Source: Octopus bimaculoides (taxonomy: Eukaryota). Taken from it: a stretch of 63,925 nucleotides of DNA. Position 1 is the first letter of the stretch, and every line of letters begins with the position of its first letter. Positions 50,459 through 63,925 of this stretch are shown piece by piece. A program made the translations under genes and the position numbers. The stretch is from NCBI RefSeq assembly GCF_001194135.2, contig NC_068989.1, forward strand, positions 11,901,647 to 11,965,571, given 5' to 3'. Below the pieces are notes generated by a model. It was not told the origin of the DNA. It ran no database searches and saw nothing but the letters and a program-made list of their open reading frames with translations.

Positions 50459-53400
50459 GCACATATTAATTTTGGCACTTGGGCATAGCGACACTAATAA
50501 CCTGGTGTTGGAACTCAATATACTTGCGCTTCTGAATTGCATAATTTCCGGTTCTTTTGTCATATATCTAATTTCACGCATACATACACATACATACACA
50601 CTCACACACTGACATATACGAATATATATACCCATGTGTGTGTTTGTGTGTGTGTGAGGTGGGGGGGGGGGAAGAATATATATATATAGCGGCGCTCTGA
50701 GTTCAAACACTGCCGATATCAACTTTCCCTTTCATCTTTCACAATCGCAATATGCCAATCCACCGGCCTTGTTCGATATTATATTTATCGATTCCGAACT
50801 GATGTTGCGTCTTTTTGGTTACAGAGAGTTGTGAAAAACGCCGATGCCCATCTCTATAGAGTATCTTTTATATATTTATTTATTGGTGGTCAGTGGTTAG
50901 TACAGTATTTAAGAAATGGAGGTTTGCAATGAAAACCTTACCCCACCCAAATTTTCATCTCGCAGGCCCGCACTTTGGACATTAATTTATCTGGTAAGAT
51001 ATATATATATATATATTTCGTTTTTGACTCTCTCCAGACACAATTATGCAAAAGTGTCGTAAGTACAAACCGTTGCTTTATCAGGAAGCGAGAAAAGTCT
51101 CACCATTCCATAGCAAAACAGTTGAACTACACTTTGACAATTTTTTATATCTTGACATCTGAAGCAGCTGGAGATACGATAGTTTGACCAAAAGAATCGG
51201 CTATTGCAAGCAAAAATAAATATTGAAAAATGCACATTAGGCTAAATTTGAACATACGACAGTTTAACATAATAACAGTAACACACACACACACACATTT
51301 CTTAATCACGTGTTCCATGGCGCCAGATATACGTGGGTACATAGACATGATTTAGTGGCAGACATCTGAAATTTTCTTTAATCTAATTTCAATGACATCC
51401 ACCCTTATTTGATCTCTAACATGCTGTATATCATAATTCTCTACAAGTGAAAAGATCTCACTAGTAACTTCAATTGTAAGCATTTCAGGAGAGGCAGAAT
51501 ATCGTAGATTCCACTCCAACTCTACCTTCAAACATTGAATAATGACCACTTTACTACTACTGCCGTGCTGTACTAACACCATACGTATGGTTGTACTAAA
51601 TAAAACATATATACTTACAGTAATGTCATTTTATATTGTGCACTAGTAGCGTATGAAAAACTTTTTTTCTTTCTACAATTACAGCAATATTAAATAATCT
51701 CTAGGCTAGCTTTAATGTAACAAAATTTCGGCATAAACAAACGCATCCGCCTCATATTAGCCTATTTGCGTTCGATTTAATAAACTTTCGGTACCAACGT
51801 GTATACTTTACTCCTCTTAATCAATAAAATTGAGGAAGTCCTATACGTTTATGTCTATTTATACATATACGTGTGTGTATCGATCCATTTTCCATTGATT
51901 CATTCTCTCTGCCTTTCCTCTCTGATTCCTCTTTCCCGTATATATTTTTTTCTCTCTTTGTCTCTCTGTCCATCGTGTGTTACTAGCGACTGACCCAATG
52001 TTTCTCCTTTTTTTTTTTTACACTCTCTATCGTTCTAAGCTTGTGTATCTGTTACGTAAGCCATCTCTGCCATCTATCTACACAGTTTATTCAACCCACA
52101 CATAGAAAATAAATCACACAGAGAAAACAACGATTTCTCAAAATGTTTCTCGTAATTTCTCGAATGTTATCGTCATGATTTCATGATAACGCCTTATATC
52201 CTAACCTTTTCAACTGAAACCGTGATACCTGATAAATGTTCATCTTTCACCGAAGCCTTTTCACCTGTAGCTGTTTATTCTGTCGAATCCACCTGCATAA
52301 TATCCCATTGGCTTTCACTTTTCCTTCTTATTCTTTCTTTCGTTCTTTCTTTCAAAATCTCTTCTTCCTTTCTTCCTTCCCACCTTCCTTTCTTTCCTTT
52401 CCTCTTTTGTTTCCTTCTTCCTTTCTCTCTTTCTCGCTTTCTTTCTGCCTTTGATATGTTCCAATTCAAGAGACAAGGGTAAAGAATCTCTCTTCAATTC
52501 TACATTGCAAGGAATAGAATACGAAAGATCAAAAGGAAATCGGTAGAATGGTTTGACATTTAGAAGCAATGTAGACATTTCCGATCGTTTATATAAAATG
52601 TTGGCATTTGTGGAAAGGAAATTAGGATTGGGAAGTATGTAGACTTTCTTGTCTTAGTTTTGCCGTTGTATTTCCAATAGTTTTCTGGATAGATTTACCA
52701 TTGTGAAATATTGTATCCGTAGATAACAACTTGGTCGATTTAATAAAGGATTTCATTACGGTCTAAGAAATACGGCAACACATATGGTGTTAAATATGGC
52801 AGGACGCATTGGATATGATGCATTAGATAAACTATGACACAGTGGATACATTACTTCTCAATAAAAGATGGGAAGGCCATCGCAGACCTTGAAACTTAAT
52901 AACGGCCTATTAAATAGTTATATTCAAACTCAAACGCTTCCAATTGTGCGTATGTGTGTGTATGGATACATATGCGCACAAACATATGTAGGTGTGTATA
53001 TGTATTCACATACACACATACACACATACATACATACATACATACATACATACATACATACATACATGCATACATGTACATATATATAGGGAACATTAGG
53101 GAGACCAAATTTTAGAAGTCGTTTCGGAAATGCAACGGACGTGTTTGCAGAGAGATCAGTTCTCGCTAATTCTTCAAGACAAAGTACGTAGGCTGCGTTG
53201 CCAAATTTAGGGCGCTGCTCTAAATCACGAAGGAATGAAAGCTATTTGATAAACCCGAATGGAGCAGGCTGACTTAGCAACAAAACCACTATTCTGCCTT
53301 TGGGGGATCACAACGGGTGGCGGATAAGAGCGCAGGATGAAGAATTTCAGGGCCTAACTCAACTGACTGTTGTGACTTTCGGCTAGGGAGGCGGTGACCT

Positions 53401-54037
53401 GTGAAAAACTGATGACAAACCCGGAGATACGTGAACGATGGTTGGCTGCACGGGGTCAAATCGTCTGATGTGAATGGTCTGCCCTATGAAGTTTATGTTT
53501 CTAAGCTAGACTAGTTTCGAGACCTCTTGCCAGAAAACTGACTGCAGAAGGGGAAAATTCCCCGTTCTGTGATTCAAGAAGTGGCACCAACTGACAACGG
53601 ACCCAGACAAGGAGGATCGCATTGATATGTTTTGGCCCAAAACTCTGACCAACGCAGATTGCAAAACTGTCGTTGATGACCTGACTGGTGTTGTGCAATT
53701 GTGCGCTATACCGAACAGACCTGGCCACAACAGCCACCATCTCATGCGACTATTCATAGAGATTGAGATTTTTGTTTCTTTATTACTACTATTTTACGCT
53801 TTATGTAAGCCATCATTATATCGTTCTGTATCGTCCTTGATGTTTTGTGAACCCTTAGTAGTTAAAAAAAAAAACGTTATAATTTTAAATGAAATTATTC
53901 GTAATGATCGACCCGACCATTTCACTCACGACAGATTATCAAACGTTTCATAAATTATCGCTAACGAAACATTTAGAAATATTATCTTGAATCCTATACT
54001 AGGTAGTAGTTCCGAATCAAGAACTAACTTTATGCAC

Positions 54038-54068
<31 letters not shown>

Positions 54069-54739
54069 TGTATGTATGTATGTATGTATGTATGTACATG
54101 CTGTTCAATTTTAGTGTTATTAAATACTAGAATCTAACGAAAATGATTTACTACAAGACGCTGCTTACGGTAAACCACAGCGAGTGGTTCCTACATAAGA
54201 GAACCTAGGTCTTTTAGCTACAATCAAATAAAACGCAGTACCACTGTGAAAGTATTTTACTCTTTGTTGTTTGGTATCTTAGCTCTATATCATTTCACTC
54301 TGTCGCTGTCTCTGTCGGTCTCTTACTCTTATGATTATACATGAGTAGAAGTGAGACTGCCTACAGCTAAACTAGAGTCTTTTATCAGCTCAGATATCGA
54401 TTGATGTTTCCCCGCTAATACATAATTGTTGATACATGAGAGCTCTGGGAACGTAGCTGTGTTAAATTGTACATAAATCGCTTAAGTTGTAAATTTATAA
54501 AAATCATTTTTTACCGTTATTTTTGTTCTTGTCGTTGTTGTTGTCATCTAATTCTCAGATGAACCTGCTCGAACAGATCTTTGATCAAACGCTTTCCAGC
54601 CACTACCAACCTATTGATAGTTATTCATGCTTAACATACTTTTGATGATATTATCTAATCTGTCGTTTGTAAAGACGATAGTGTTTAGTTTAAGGAAAAT
54701 TCGTCCGCTATTACTAGTGTGCAATCACGAAATGCTTCT

Positions 54740-55392
54740 CTCTTCAGCTTATCGATGTTACTAAGCCATTTTTCATCTCCAGTCACAAGTTGTTTAAATA
54801 AAGGTATACTTTCATTCCGTTTCAAAAGCATATCACAAACAAAATACCGGTCCAAGCAATTCTTTTCTGAGAGTTTGTGAGGGGCCCATACATTATAGCG
54901 AGAAATGTATCCTAGCTTCACTAGGTGTTAATGAGCCGTACTTTTAGAAACTTCCAACCCCTCTGCAAGCTCTGTAGACGTGGTATTTGAGTTTTCTTCG
55001 ATTTTTGCCCTCAAACAACTGCATCCAACTTTGAAGACCTGTCATCTTCAAAAGCTAAACACTCCAGCTTTAAATTTTGCAAACCACCTATGAACAGTTG
55101 ATTCACCTACAGCATCATCGACATAAACTTCAGAAATGTTATTGCAAGTCATTGCAGCATTTTCTCCTTTTTTTAAAAAAAGAAAAGCATTACAACGCGA
55201 ATATGAAATTTTTGGTTATCCATTTCAAATGCCAATAAAGGGTAACTGGAACGAAAAGTAAATCTATTTTTAGTAAGGAACAAAGAAGAGATGCACTACC
55301 ACTTCAAGCAACGCCTAAACGTTTCAGGTGCATTTCAATGAAGCATTAAAAGATTTAGCTTAAAAACGCTCAGAACTTTCCGGACAACCTAA
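54740..55392 (-). pseudogene. Mariner transposon 5' half (TIR plus frameshifted transposase to the first catalytic Asp)
   Basis: 5' TIR ttaggttgtccggaaagttc; ATG at 55223 (MDNQKFHIRVVML..TVHRWFAKFKAG); KLGYISRYNVWAPHKLSEKN..LLKRNE..LVTGDEKW matches the WVPHEL and TGDEKW motifs. Confidence 0.9.
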
Positions 55393-55507
55393 CACACACA
55401 CACACACGCACACACACACACACATATATATATATAGGGAGAAAGAAAAAGAGGAAGCAAGTCCGTCTTCAGACAAACAACTCCTACAGCAGAGGGTGCA
55501 TACATAC

Positions 55508-55678
55508 GTCACCGACGGACTTCCACAAAATTTCTGCACCACATTCACCCATAAGGCATCCCTCGACACGAGGTTATATGAGAAACACTTGCCAAAAGTG
55601 CTACAGAGTCGAGGAGACGAGACCGAACCCGAAACCCCGTGGCTGCAAAGTGAGTTTCTTAACCACCCAGCCATGTCT
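55508..55678 (-). mobile_element. Old SINE family B-like head
   Basis: gacggacttcca...acacttgccaaaagtgc...gaacccgaaaccccgtggctgcaaagtgagtttcttaaccacccagccatg. Confidence 0.7.
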
Positions 55679-56309
55679 ATTTAATTTCAGTTTGACATTC
55701 AAATTTTCATTCAAATTTACATTCAAATATCCATTTCTGTTTTTCTTTTCGCTGTGACCATCGGAATGATCTAGCAAAGAAGTAACACAACAGAGGAGTT
55801 TAACACATAATTAAATTCCTATATTCCTGCTACATTTTTAGCCTTTTAATCGCTTAATTCTACTAAATTTTATCCGAAATCCTAAGCCATCAGCGGCAAT
55901 GAATATTTATTAACTTGGCCTCCGTCGACCCCTATTGTAATATTTCCGTTTGAAAAATGAAAATGAAATTGGAATACTGTCATTAAATCTGAAAAAAAAA
56001 AAAATTCGCATTTTACATTTTTCTCTACTAATTTCTATTTTTAAATCAATTTTATTCTTTATGAAATAAATTTATCGTTTTTATTAATTATCGTTTTTTG
56101 TTTTATTTCTCTAAAAATAATTTTCTTTCATAAAAACGAGATTATTGGAAAAATTATTAAATACGATTAAAGAATATAAAAGCTTTTCTAATTTAAATTT
56201 AAACATATTTCTTTTAATTAATGGCTTTACTAAATTATTACGGAACGCAACCACACTGACATAAATGCAGCATATGGAGAACAATAAAAATATCATTCCT
56301 GTGTATAAT

Positions 56310-56500
56310 TATGGCTGCAAATGTTGGCGCAAGGCCAGCAAATTTCACAGGAAGGTTATGTCGGTTACATTGACCTCGGTGTTCAACTGGTGCTTATTTT
56401 ATCGACCCCGGAACATATAATAGGCGATATCGACCTAGGCGGAATTCGAACTGAGAACATAGAGAGCTGGAAGAAATGCTAGTAGGCATTTTCGCAGCTC
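56310..56500 (-). mobile_element. SINE family A, diverged
   Basis: aactggtgcttattttatcgacccc...ggcggaattcgaactgagaac. Confidence 0.75.
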
Positions 56501-56519
56501 ACTACTTCCTGTGTATATT

Positions 56520-56762
56520 TGTTCCTCCCCCGAGTCATATAGACTAATAGAGCTGTTTTCCAGGTTTCCACGGCGTATATCTTCCCCGTTTGGACTGGAC
56601 GCCGGTCCATTGCAGGATTACTCATTTTTGCCAGCTGAGTGGACTGGAGCAAGGTGAAATGAAGTGTTTTGCTCAAGAACACAACGCGTCGCCCGGTCCA
56701 GGAATCGAAATCGCAATCTTACGATCATGAGTTCGACACCCCTTACCACTCAGCCACGCACC
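56520..56762 (-). mobile_element. SINE family C head and core with tail 3
   Basis: ctcatttttgccagctgagtggactggagc...caggaatcgaaatc...accactcagccacgc; 3' part unlike the 30655 and 42037 copies. Confidence 0.85.
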
Positions 56763-56810
56763 TACCTGTGTATATTTATCGTCAAAATATACTGTATAAT
56801 AATCTAGTTC

Positions 56811-56885
56811 AAGGGTCGACGAAGTGGGGAAAATTACCCCAAGTGGGGGTAAAAACGAAATTTTCGGGGGGTAATGAGGACTCAT
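56811..56885 (+). mobile_element. Possible hAT-type element end
   Basis: caagggtc..aagtggggaaaattacccc motif resembling hAT subterminal palindromes; partner end not found. Confidence 0.25.
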
Positions 56886-58304
56886 TAGATATAAGTAAAA
56901 TTATATAAGACACATGTTCCCCGTTATCTATGATTTTCTTTATTTGGAATCAAGGGGGAAACGTCGGCGCAAATAAATATATTTTGGGGCAATTGGTTAA
57001 AAAATTGGCATTTCTCCTATAACCTCGGTTCGAGGGATGCCTTATGAGTGAATGTGGTGCAGAAATTGGTTAAAAAATTGGGGTGATTGGTTAAAATAGT
57101 CTAGATTTTAGTTGATTCATACGCAATTGAAAATACAAGTTCTAAAAATCTGTATGGTCCAGCACTTTTAGCGATAGTATCCTTAAATGTTTCTTCATAT
57201 TCTGGTAAAAAACAAGACACGCCATCTATAGGCAGTTACATAAATAGCTAAGGAAAACTTACAGACAACATGTTTGCTTGTAATATGCTTGAAACTAATT
57301 TAAATATGTAATCTTTGTTAGCGTAACCTTGTCAATGCTGATTGTTTCTGATATAGGAATAAGGTTACATGAAATTAGGTATTTTATTAACCCAGGAAAG
57401 GTGAAGGATAAAGTCGATCGCGGGGTGGGATTTGAATGAACTGCATAGTAAGTCGTGGCTAAATGCAATACATCTTTCGTTATGTCTTGAGAGAGTCATC
57501 ACACAGAGCTTGGTGAGATAAGGGGAAGTCACTATGTCACTGAAAACGTCATGCACGACAACGAAAGAATTTTCATTAACAAACAATCGATTGATTGTTT
57601 GACCGGCGCAATAAAACAAACGATCGATTAGATAGTTGGTTAGATATTTAACCAATTTACTGACAATAAAAAAGTGGTATTGAACCAGTAGGTGTGTTAT
57701 TTCTTTCTTTATTGGCCACAGGAATGGGGGCAAACGTAGAGGAAAAAAAAACACAAAGAGAGACGAAGAGATGAAGTCATACATTTGAAAGTCAGTGAGG
57801 ATTACTTAATACAGTTTTGAAGTGTAAATGTGATTTTTAAAAAAAAGTTTTCAAGAAAATGTTATGAAATCTTTTACCAGGATGTTACTAACTTTTGTCG
57901 GGAAGAAGTTTTCTAGTGTGTGACCGCTTTCGTTTAGCCATTCAAACACACGTACTCTTAAAGAAGAAGTTGTTATTCTTGTAGTATTGATATTGTTATT
58001 TCCGTTTTATTTTCAGACTTATGGTTTTAGTCATAAATATTCTTCTCCCAATTGTTTATTATATGGAGCGTTGGCTATTTTCGGTTTAATCTCGAATTTA
58101 GAAGTCTTGTACATGTCAAGGAAACAAGAAATTTTATAATGAATTTCATTAGCTTACAGATATTTCTGCTATAAGATGTAATGCACTCATATTTGAGTGT
58201 TTGTATATCACGAGCATCATGTATCTATAAAATAGTATTAAACTAACGAAATTCATTATATATTTTCTTATTCCTTTGTCGTTTATATAATCTCTCCGAC
58301 CTCA

Positions 58305-58530
58305 AGGATAGAGGGGACAAACAGAGATAGAGGGGACAAACAAGGACAGATAAAGGGATTAAGTCGATTACATCGACCCCAGTGCGCAACTGGTGCTTAA
58401 TTTATCGACCCCGAAAGAATGAAAGGCAAAGTTGACCTCGGCGGAATTTGAACTCAGTACGTAAAGACAGACGAAATACTACTAAGCATTTCGCCCAGCG
58501 TGGTAACGTTTCTGCCAGCTCACTGCTCTT
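58305..58530 (-). mobile_element. SINE family A, full length
   Basis: Clear head and core; tail contains a tandem gatagaggggacaaaca duplication. Confidence 0.9.
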
Positions 58531-60571
58531 AAATAGTAAAATATTATCTACGCCATGAACACGATTGCGGTGTCTTTTATAAGATCATTCCGCAGCATAA
58601 TAGAACGTAATGGACCCAATTCTCTTATGTACGAACACTAGTAATTTTCTTTAACAATCCACCATATGTTTGACCTCCATTGGCTACATATCCCAAGTTG
58701 AGAAAGTGTTGGGAAACTATTGAATGTTAAAGGACAGTTTAAGAAGGCATTAACAAGATACATAATGACTTTCACACTCACAAGACAGTCTTTTACTTTC
58801 TATTAACGTATGTCGTCGTACATAAGTCAGTAAATCAATATTTATTTTTTACTTTATTTGAAATCACTTTAAGCTAGACCCAAAGGCCACGTATGCAAGC
58901 AAAGGGTTGTGGGAATGGGAAAAGTGGCATAATTGTCATAAAAAAAGTACATTATATATGCATGCATATACAAAATAGCAAACAGAAAATCAATAATGAT
59001 GGATAAAAGATTTAATTGAAAGCGATGAGTTGGTAATAAAGGACGAGATAAAAGACATAACTGAAATAAAATGTAGAATGTGGGGTGACAATAAAGGAGC
59101 TAATAAAAAGAAATGAATGGGATGTCAATAAAAGAACCAATAAAATATTAAAATGAAGGAAACCGTTGACAGTTGGCAACGTACTTGTTAACGCTGAGTT
59201 TTAAAAGAATCAAAGCCGCATTCTGCAGGAAAACAATGAAATGTGTTGTGCTTATTTCACAATTAAATTCAGATGTGCTAGAATAAAGATTTTTACATGT
59301 AACGTGCACAGTAACCCGGAGATCAGATATGCGATGCATTTTTTTAAGACGATACCTTCGTGTTCTTATATTTGAGTATTTGGTCTGTTACGTTCTGTTA
59401 TATTGCAGAATGATGTTATATACCATTAAGCATGGATCCATTTCCTAAATTTGGTACGCTGAATTCTTCTGGAAATTTCGTATTTGTGGGAACAGAAGCT
59501 CATCTGAACACTATCTGCAGAAATCGTCCAAACATGCTATATTCCAGAATCCATCACCGACTAGACTTCACATTCGATTCTGCGCTTCTCTAAAATGTTT
59601 TTTTTTTTTAGAAATAAGTGGAATCTATGAGTAGTACACCATTCTAGAGGAATCTGGAACATGTCGAGATATAACAGGATCTAAGTTCTTAGGAAGTGAT
59701 TTTGCGGTAGAAGGAAATAATCAACTAGCTATCAGTCTCGTAATAGACTTAATGAAGGACTCTAATTTCAATTGAAATACTAAGAGTCATTCCAAAAACA
59801 TTTCCCAATAAATTGGGTTTAATTTTACACAATAAATATTTAAATCTAAGATGGGAGAATAGAAAGAGTAATAGTGGTCAAGCATGAAGACGGTGGTCAT
59901 TTCATGATCAATGATTTCGCGAAATGAATGCCTCACATATGAAAAAAAAATTAAAAAAACATCTCCGGCTTCATTAAAAATGTTTAGACTAAATAGAAAA
60001 GGAGAAAGAGAAGCTTTTCAGATACGGGCGCAAGTCACCTCCATAAGACACATTAAAATCAGTGCCTGCTTTTCCTAAAGTATGGTTTCTTACATAGGTA
60101 GAAAGCCACTTAGTGAGGCGAAGCTACTTTTGGGACGAGTTTTGTCTGTTCTATTTTCCAAAATAAGCCACATATTTCAGCCTTTCCACAGCTATATTGG
60201 CATTATTTTTCATTGCTCAAACGAAATTACTTCATAAATAGTCGACATAGGAATAACAATTGCCTGTTATGCAGCACAGTTTGAAACACTAATGTATTAT
60301 ATTGCTTGGGTATTGAAATCCCGTTTTAAGGCAATTAAGGAACGCGCTCATATTGTCCTTTTTAATTCAACAATACTTTCGTAAGGGCATCAACATGTAA
60401 CCTTTATGGAAGACACTGACCAGCTATTAAATAATAATACAAGACTAACTATCTGAATATAGTTAAAGCATTCTCCAAACGTATTTGTGAAGCTTTAATA
60501 CTTTTAAGCAATCCTTTTCAAGATGTACCTAATAACCACTTCATTTTTGATAAAGTTAATCAGAGAAGGAT

Positions 60572-60690
60572 CTACTTTTTTTTAATTGCAAAGTCTTTAA
60601 TCAGATCCTCAAAATTAATCTTACTTAACACATTTACTTCTATACTTGGTACAGATAAGGCAAGACGAATTAATTTTAGCAAGTTTAAAG
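60572..60690 (-). pseudogene. hAT transposase C-terminal (dimerisation region) remnant
   Basis: Minus strand reads (SF)..LKLIRLALSVPSIEVNVLSKINFEDLIKDFAIKKK*, fitting the recalled hAT end RL..LA.LSIE......DF..II..FA.KK; the intervening KNYLRSTM segment is missing. Confidence 0.5.
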
Positions 60691-61355
60691 CTATTTACCT
60701 TCTCTATGCTGGTCCCCCACTCCAATTCCCATGATGCCCTAAGCATGTGCTGATTTTGCTTAAGTATTAATCCAGCCCCGCAAAATGATTTGAACGCGGA
60801 ATGTAAAAATCCGTAAGAAATATCACGAATATTTTTTTTCCAGTGTTCTAACTCTGCTAACTCACCGTCATCGACTAATAAACAGCGATGATAATAAAAT
60901 AGAAGTTGTGTGTTATAATTGACTAAACGGACTGTATCAAGATGGTTTATAACAGTAATGGTTCATAATAGTATATTTATCAATTTGTGCCATGAACCGA
61001 GAAGGTGATCTTTTATAGGATAGAACAATTACTAATCTGGATCGTGAATGTTTTAAATTCTACATTTCATTTTGTTTTTTTTTCCCCCTTTTGTTTTATG
61101 AAGAACAAAGTAACAAAAAAAAACAAAACAAAAAAAAAACAAAAAAAAAAAAACACAAATACACAAACAAACAATGCATTAAAAAAACTTTAAACAGAAA
61201 TTGCAACTGCGATTGAGTTGCTTTATGAGATGATCTAAGAAATTCTTCAAAGACAGACTTTAATTTATAACTGAATGGTTTCAGCGTTTTAGAATACTTA
61301 ATCAAGCCGCATCTTACTTGCGCAAAGAAATTATCATTAACGACAATAAAACCAC

Positions 61356-61780
<425 letters not shown>

Positions 61781-62122
61781 GTGGGAAATTTCCAACACCA
61801 AATACAAAAAACGGCGCCAACAGCAAAGAAAAGATCCCTAATAGCAGTAAAAGCGACGACGACAACAAAATCAGCAACAACATTAAGAACATCCTCTGAT
61901 GCTGACAATAGAAAGAAATATCACCAATAAAGCAAACAACGCAACAGGTTGATTTTCCAACTTTGTACGATACTAAATGGAAGGATTTCCTGGCAAATGA
62001 AGTGGAATGGTTAAGACGACTGGAACTGCTAAAATGGACATTTATAAATATTGTGGAATTAACTTTTGGTTTGCAGAATTTGCTATTCCTGAAAGAATGA
62101 ATAGAACATCTGCACATACCCG

Positions 62123-62790
62123 TTCCAAAATTTCGGGCCTTCTGCCTTGGGTAGAAAAGAACCGTAAGAGTGCCGAGTCAAATGCTTAGCGGTATTTCGT
62201 CCGTCTATATGTTCTGAGTTCAAATTCTGCGGAGGTCTACTTTGCCTTTCCTCTTTTCGGGGGTCGATAAATTAAGTACCAGTTTCATACTGGGGTCGAT
62301 CTAATCGACTGGCCCCTTCCTCAAATATTTCGGGCCTTGTGCCTAGGGTAGAAAAGAACCGTAAGCCTGCCGGATCAAATGCTTAGCGGTATTTCGTCCG
62401 TCTTTATGTTCTGAGTTCAATTTCCGTTAAGATCGATTTTGCTTTTAATCCCTTTCGGGATAAAATAAATAGCAGTTGAACACTGAAGTTGGTGTAATCG
62501 ATTTACTCGTTCTCCATCTCCGATATTGGTGGCCTTGTGCCAAAATTTGAAACCATTATTAATCAAATACTGCGAGCTGGCAGAATTGTTAGCACACCGG
62601 GCAAAATTCTTGGTGGTATTTTGTCTGTCTTGACGTCCTGAGTTCAAATCCCGCCGAGGTCGACTTTACCTTTCAACCCTTTCGGGATCGATGAAATAAG
62701 TACCAGTTGAGTCCTGAAATCGATGTAAATCGACTTACCCCCACCCCACCTCCCTGAAAATGCTGGCCTTGTGAAAGCATTTGGGACCAA
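62123..62790 (+). mobile_element. Head-to-tail array of SINE family A copies
   Basis: Tail fragment, units 62161-62357 and 62358-62557, then a full copy at 62565-62790. Confidence 0.85.
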
Positions 62791-62870
62791 GAAATCCAGT
62801 TATACAACGAACGCTTTAAACCTACCGAACGACAACAAGAGAGTAAGATCATGTGTGTGTGTATGTGTGT

Positions 62871-62911
<41 letters not shown>

Positions 62912-63071
62912 TGTGTGTGTGTGAATAAGAGAAAGAATATCCGTGTGAATGATAAAGAGCATGGATAATGTCTTCTAATGGCTTGCGATTCAGGTAGAGG
63001 GGTCAGGAATCTTTTTGAGCGAAAGGTATAGTTGTCATCAATGACCTCCAATATTTGCTATTTTATTTTAA

Positions 63072-63195
63072 CGACACCGAAAGGATGAAAGGCAAAGTTG
63101 ACCTTGGAGCGATTTGAACTCAGAACGTAAAAGATTCGGAACAAATACTGCGGATAATTATTTCCGATGTTATAATGATCCTGCGAGTTCATCGG
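63072..63195 (-). mobile_element. SINE family A fragment
   Basis: ccgaaaggatgaaaggcaaagttgacc...gatttgaactcagaacgtaaa. Confidence 0.8.
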
Positions 63196-63199
63196 CATT

Positions 63200-63781
63200 G
63201 TGTGAGAGAGAGAAGGATAGAAAGAGTGTGATATAAGGAAGAGAAAGAGTGTGTGTGAATAAGAGATAAGGAGAAAGAGAGGGAGAGTGAGCGAGGGAGA
63301 GAGAGAGGGAGGGAGAGAGAGACATAAAGAGAGACAGAAAATAAGAGAAACAGTGAGAGACAGATAGGGAATGAGAGATACATAGATAAATAGAGAGAGA
63401 ATGGGAGAGAGATACAGAGAATGTATGTGTATGCGTGCATATGTGAATCAGGTGATAGGAAAAAGAGAGAAAAAGAGAGAGAGCAACAAACAGAGAGACA
63501 GACAGTGAGCGAGAGAGACAGATAGAGAATGAGAGATAGATAGATAGATAGATAGATAGATAAATAAATAAATAGATAGATAGATAGATAGATAGAGAGG
63601 GAGAGCGAGAGAGAGAATGAGAGATAGATAGAGAGAATGTATGTGTGTATGCGTACATGAATCAGGTGATAGGAGAGAGAGAAAAAGAGGAAGAGACAAA
63701 CAGACAGTGAGCGAGAGAGAGACAGAGAGAGAGAGAGAGATAGAGAGAGAGAGAGAATAAGAGAAAGAGAATAAGAGGGGA

Positions 63782-63820
<39 letters not shown>
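63200..63820. repeat. (GA)n/(GATA)n compound tract with a ~217-bp internal duplication
   Basis: gagaatgtatgtgt..gaatcaggtgatagga..acagtgagcgagagag at 63416 and 63633. Confidence 0.85.
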
Positions 63821-63822
<2 letters not shown>

Positions 63823-63925
63823 ATTTGTGAAGTGACAAGAGGAAACGAACAGGTAAAATAATTAGACATTAAATACAAGCAACACCAACGTCATCAAAAC
63901 CACCACCACCGCCACCACCACCACT

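Noticed and set aside
53405-53440. CUGAUGA hammerhead core
   Set aside because: No downstream GAAA or stem II
60238-60384. Plus-strand peptide IACYAAQFETLMYYIAWVLKSRFKAIKER resembling a gustatory-receptor-like helix
   Set aside because: Short and bounded by stops, with no further helices nearby; the region is better explained as flank of a decayed hAT element

Overview
Repeat-dense, very AT-rich eukaryotic DNA from a fragmented short-read assembly: 21 N-gaps totalling about 10 kb, most flanked by (TA)n or other microsatellites. The tRNA-derived SINE families and microsatellite load resemble octopus/coleoid cephalopod genomes (inference from recall, not a database search). No complete protein-coding gene can be supported, and almost all long ORFs in the track are artefacts of microsatellites or N-runs. 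Supported content: many SINE copies (three head types with swapped 3' tails), two decayed mariner elements, a CR1/Jockey-group LINE spanning a gap, an R4/Dong-like LINE remnant at a TAA repeat, a hAT C-terminal remnant, a Helentron-type non-autonomous element (HINE) and several long palindromic elements. The most interesting signal is minimal type I hammerhead ribozymes in two families of short Penelope-LTR/retrozyme-like repeats. At 5704-6053 one inverted copy begins exactly at the predicted self-cleavage site and defines a 150-nt cleavage-to-cleavage monomer. At 41805-41841 and 45727-45760 a second family has a non-canonical CUGUUGA core. An old ~3-kb tandem duplication and a few exon-like segments (one SLC5-like) are low-confidence hints of a host gene.
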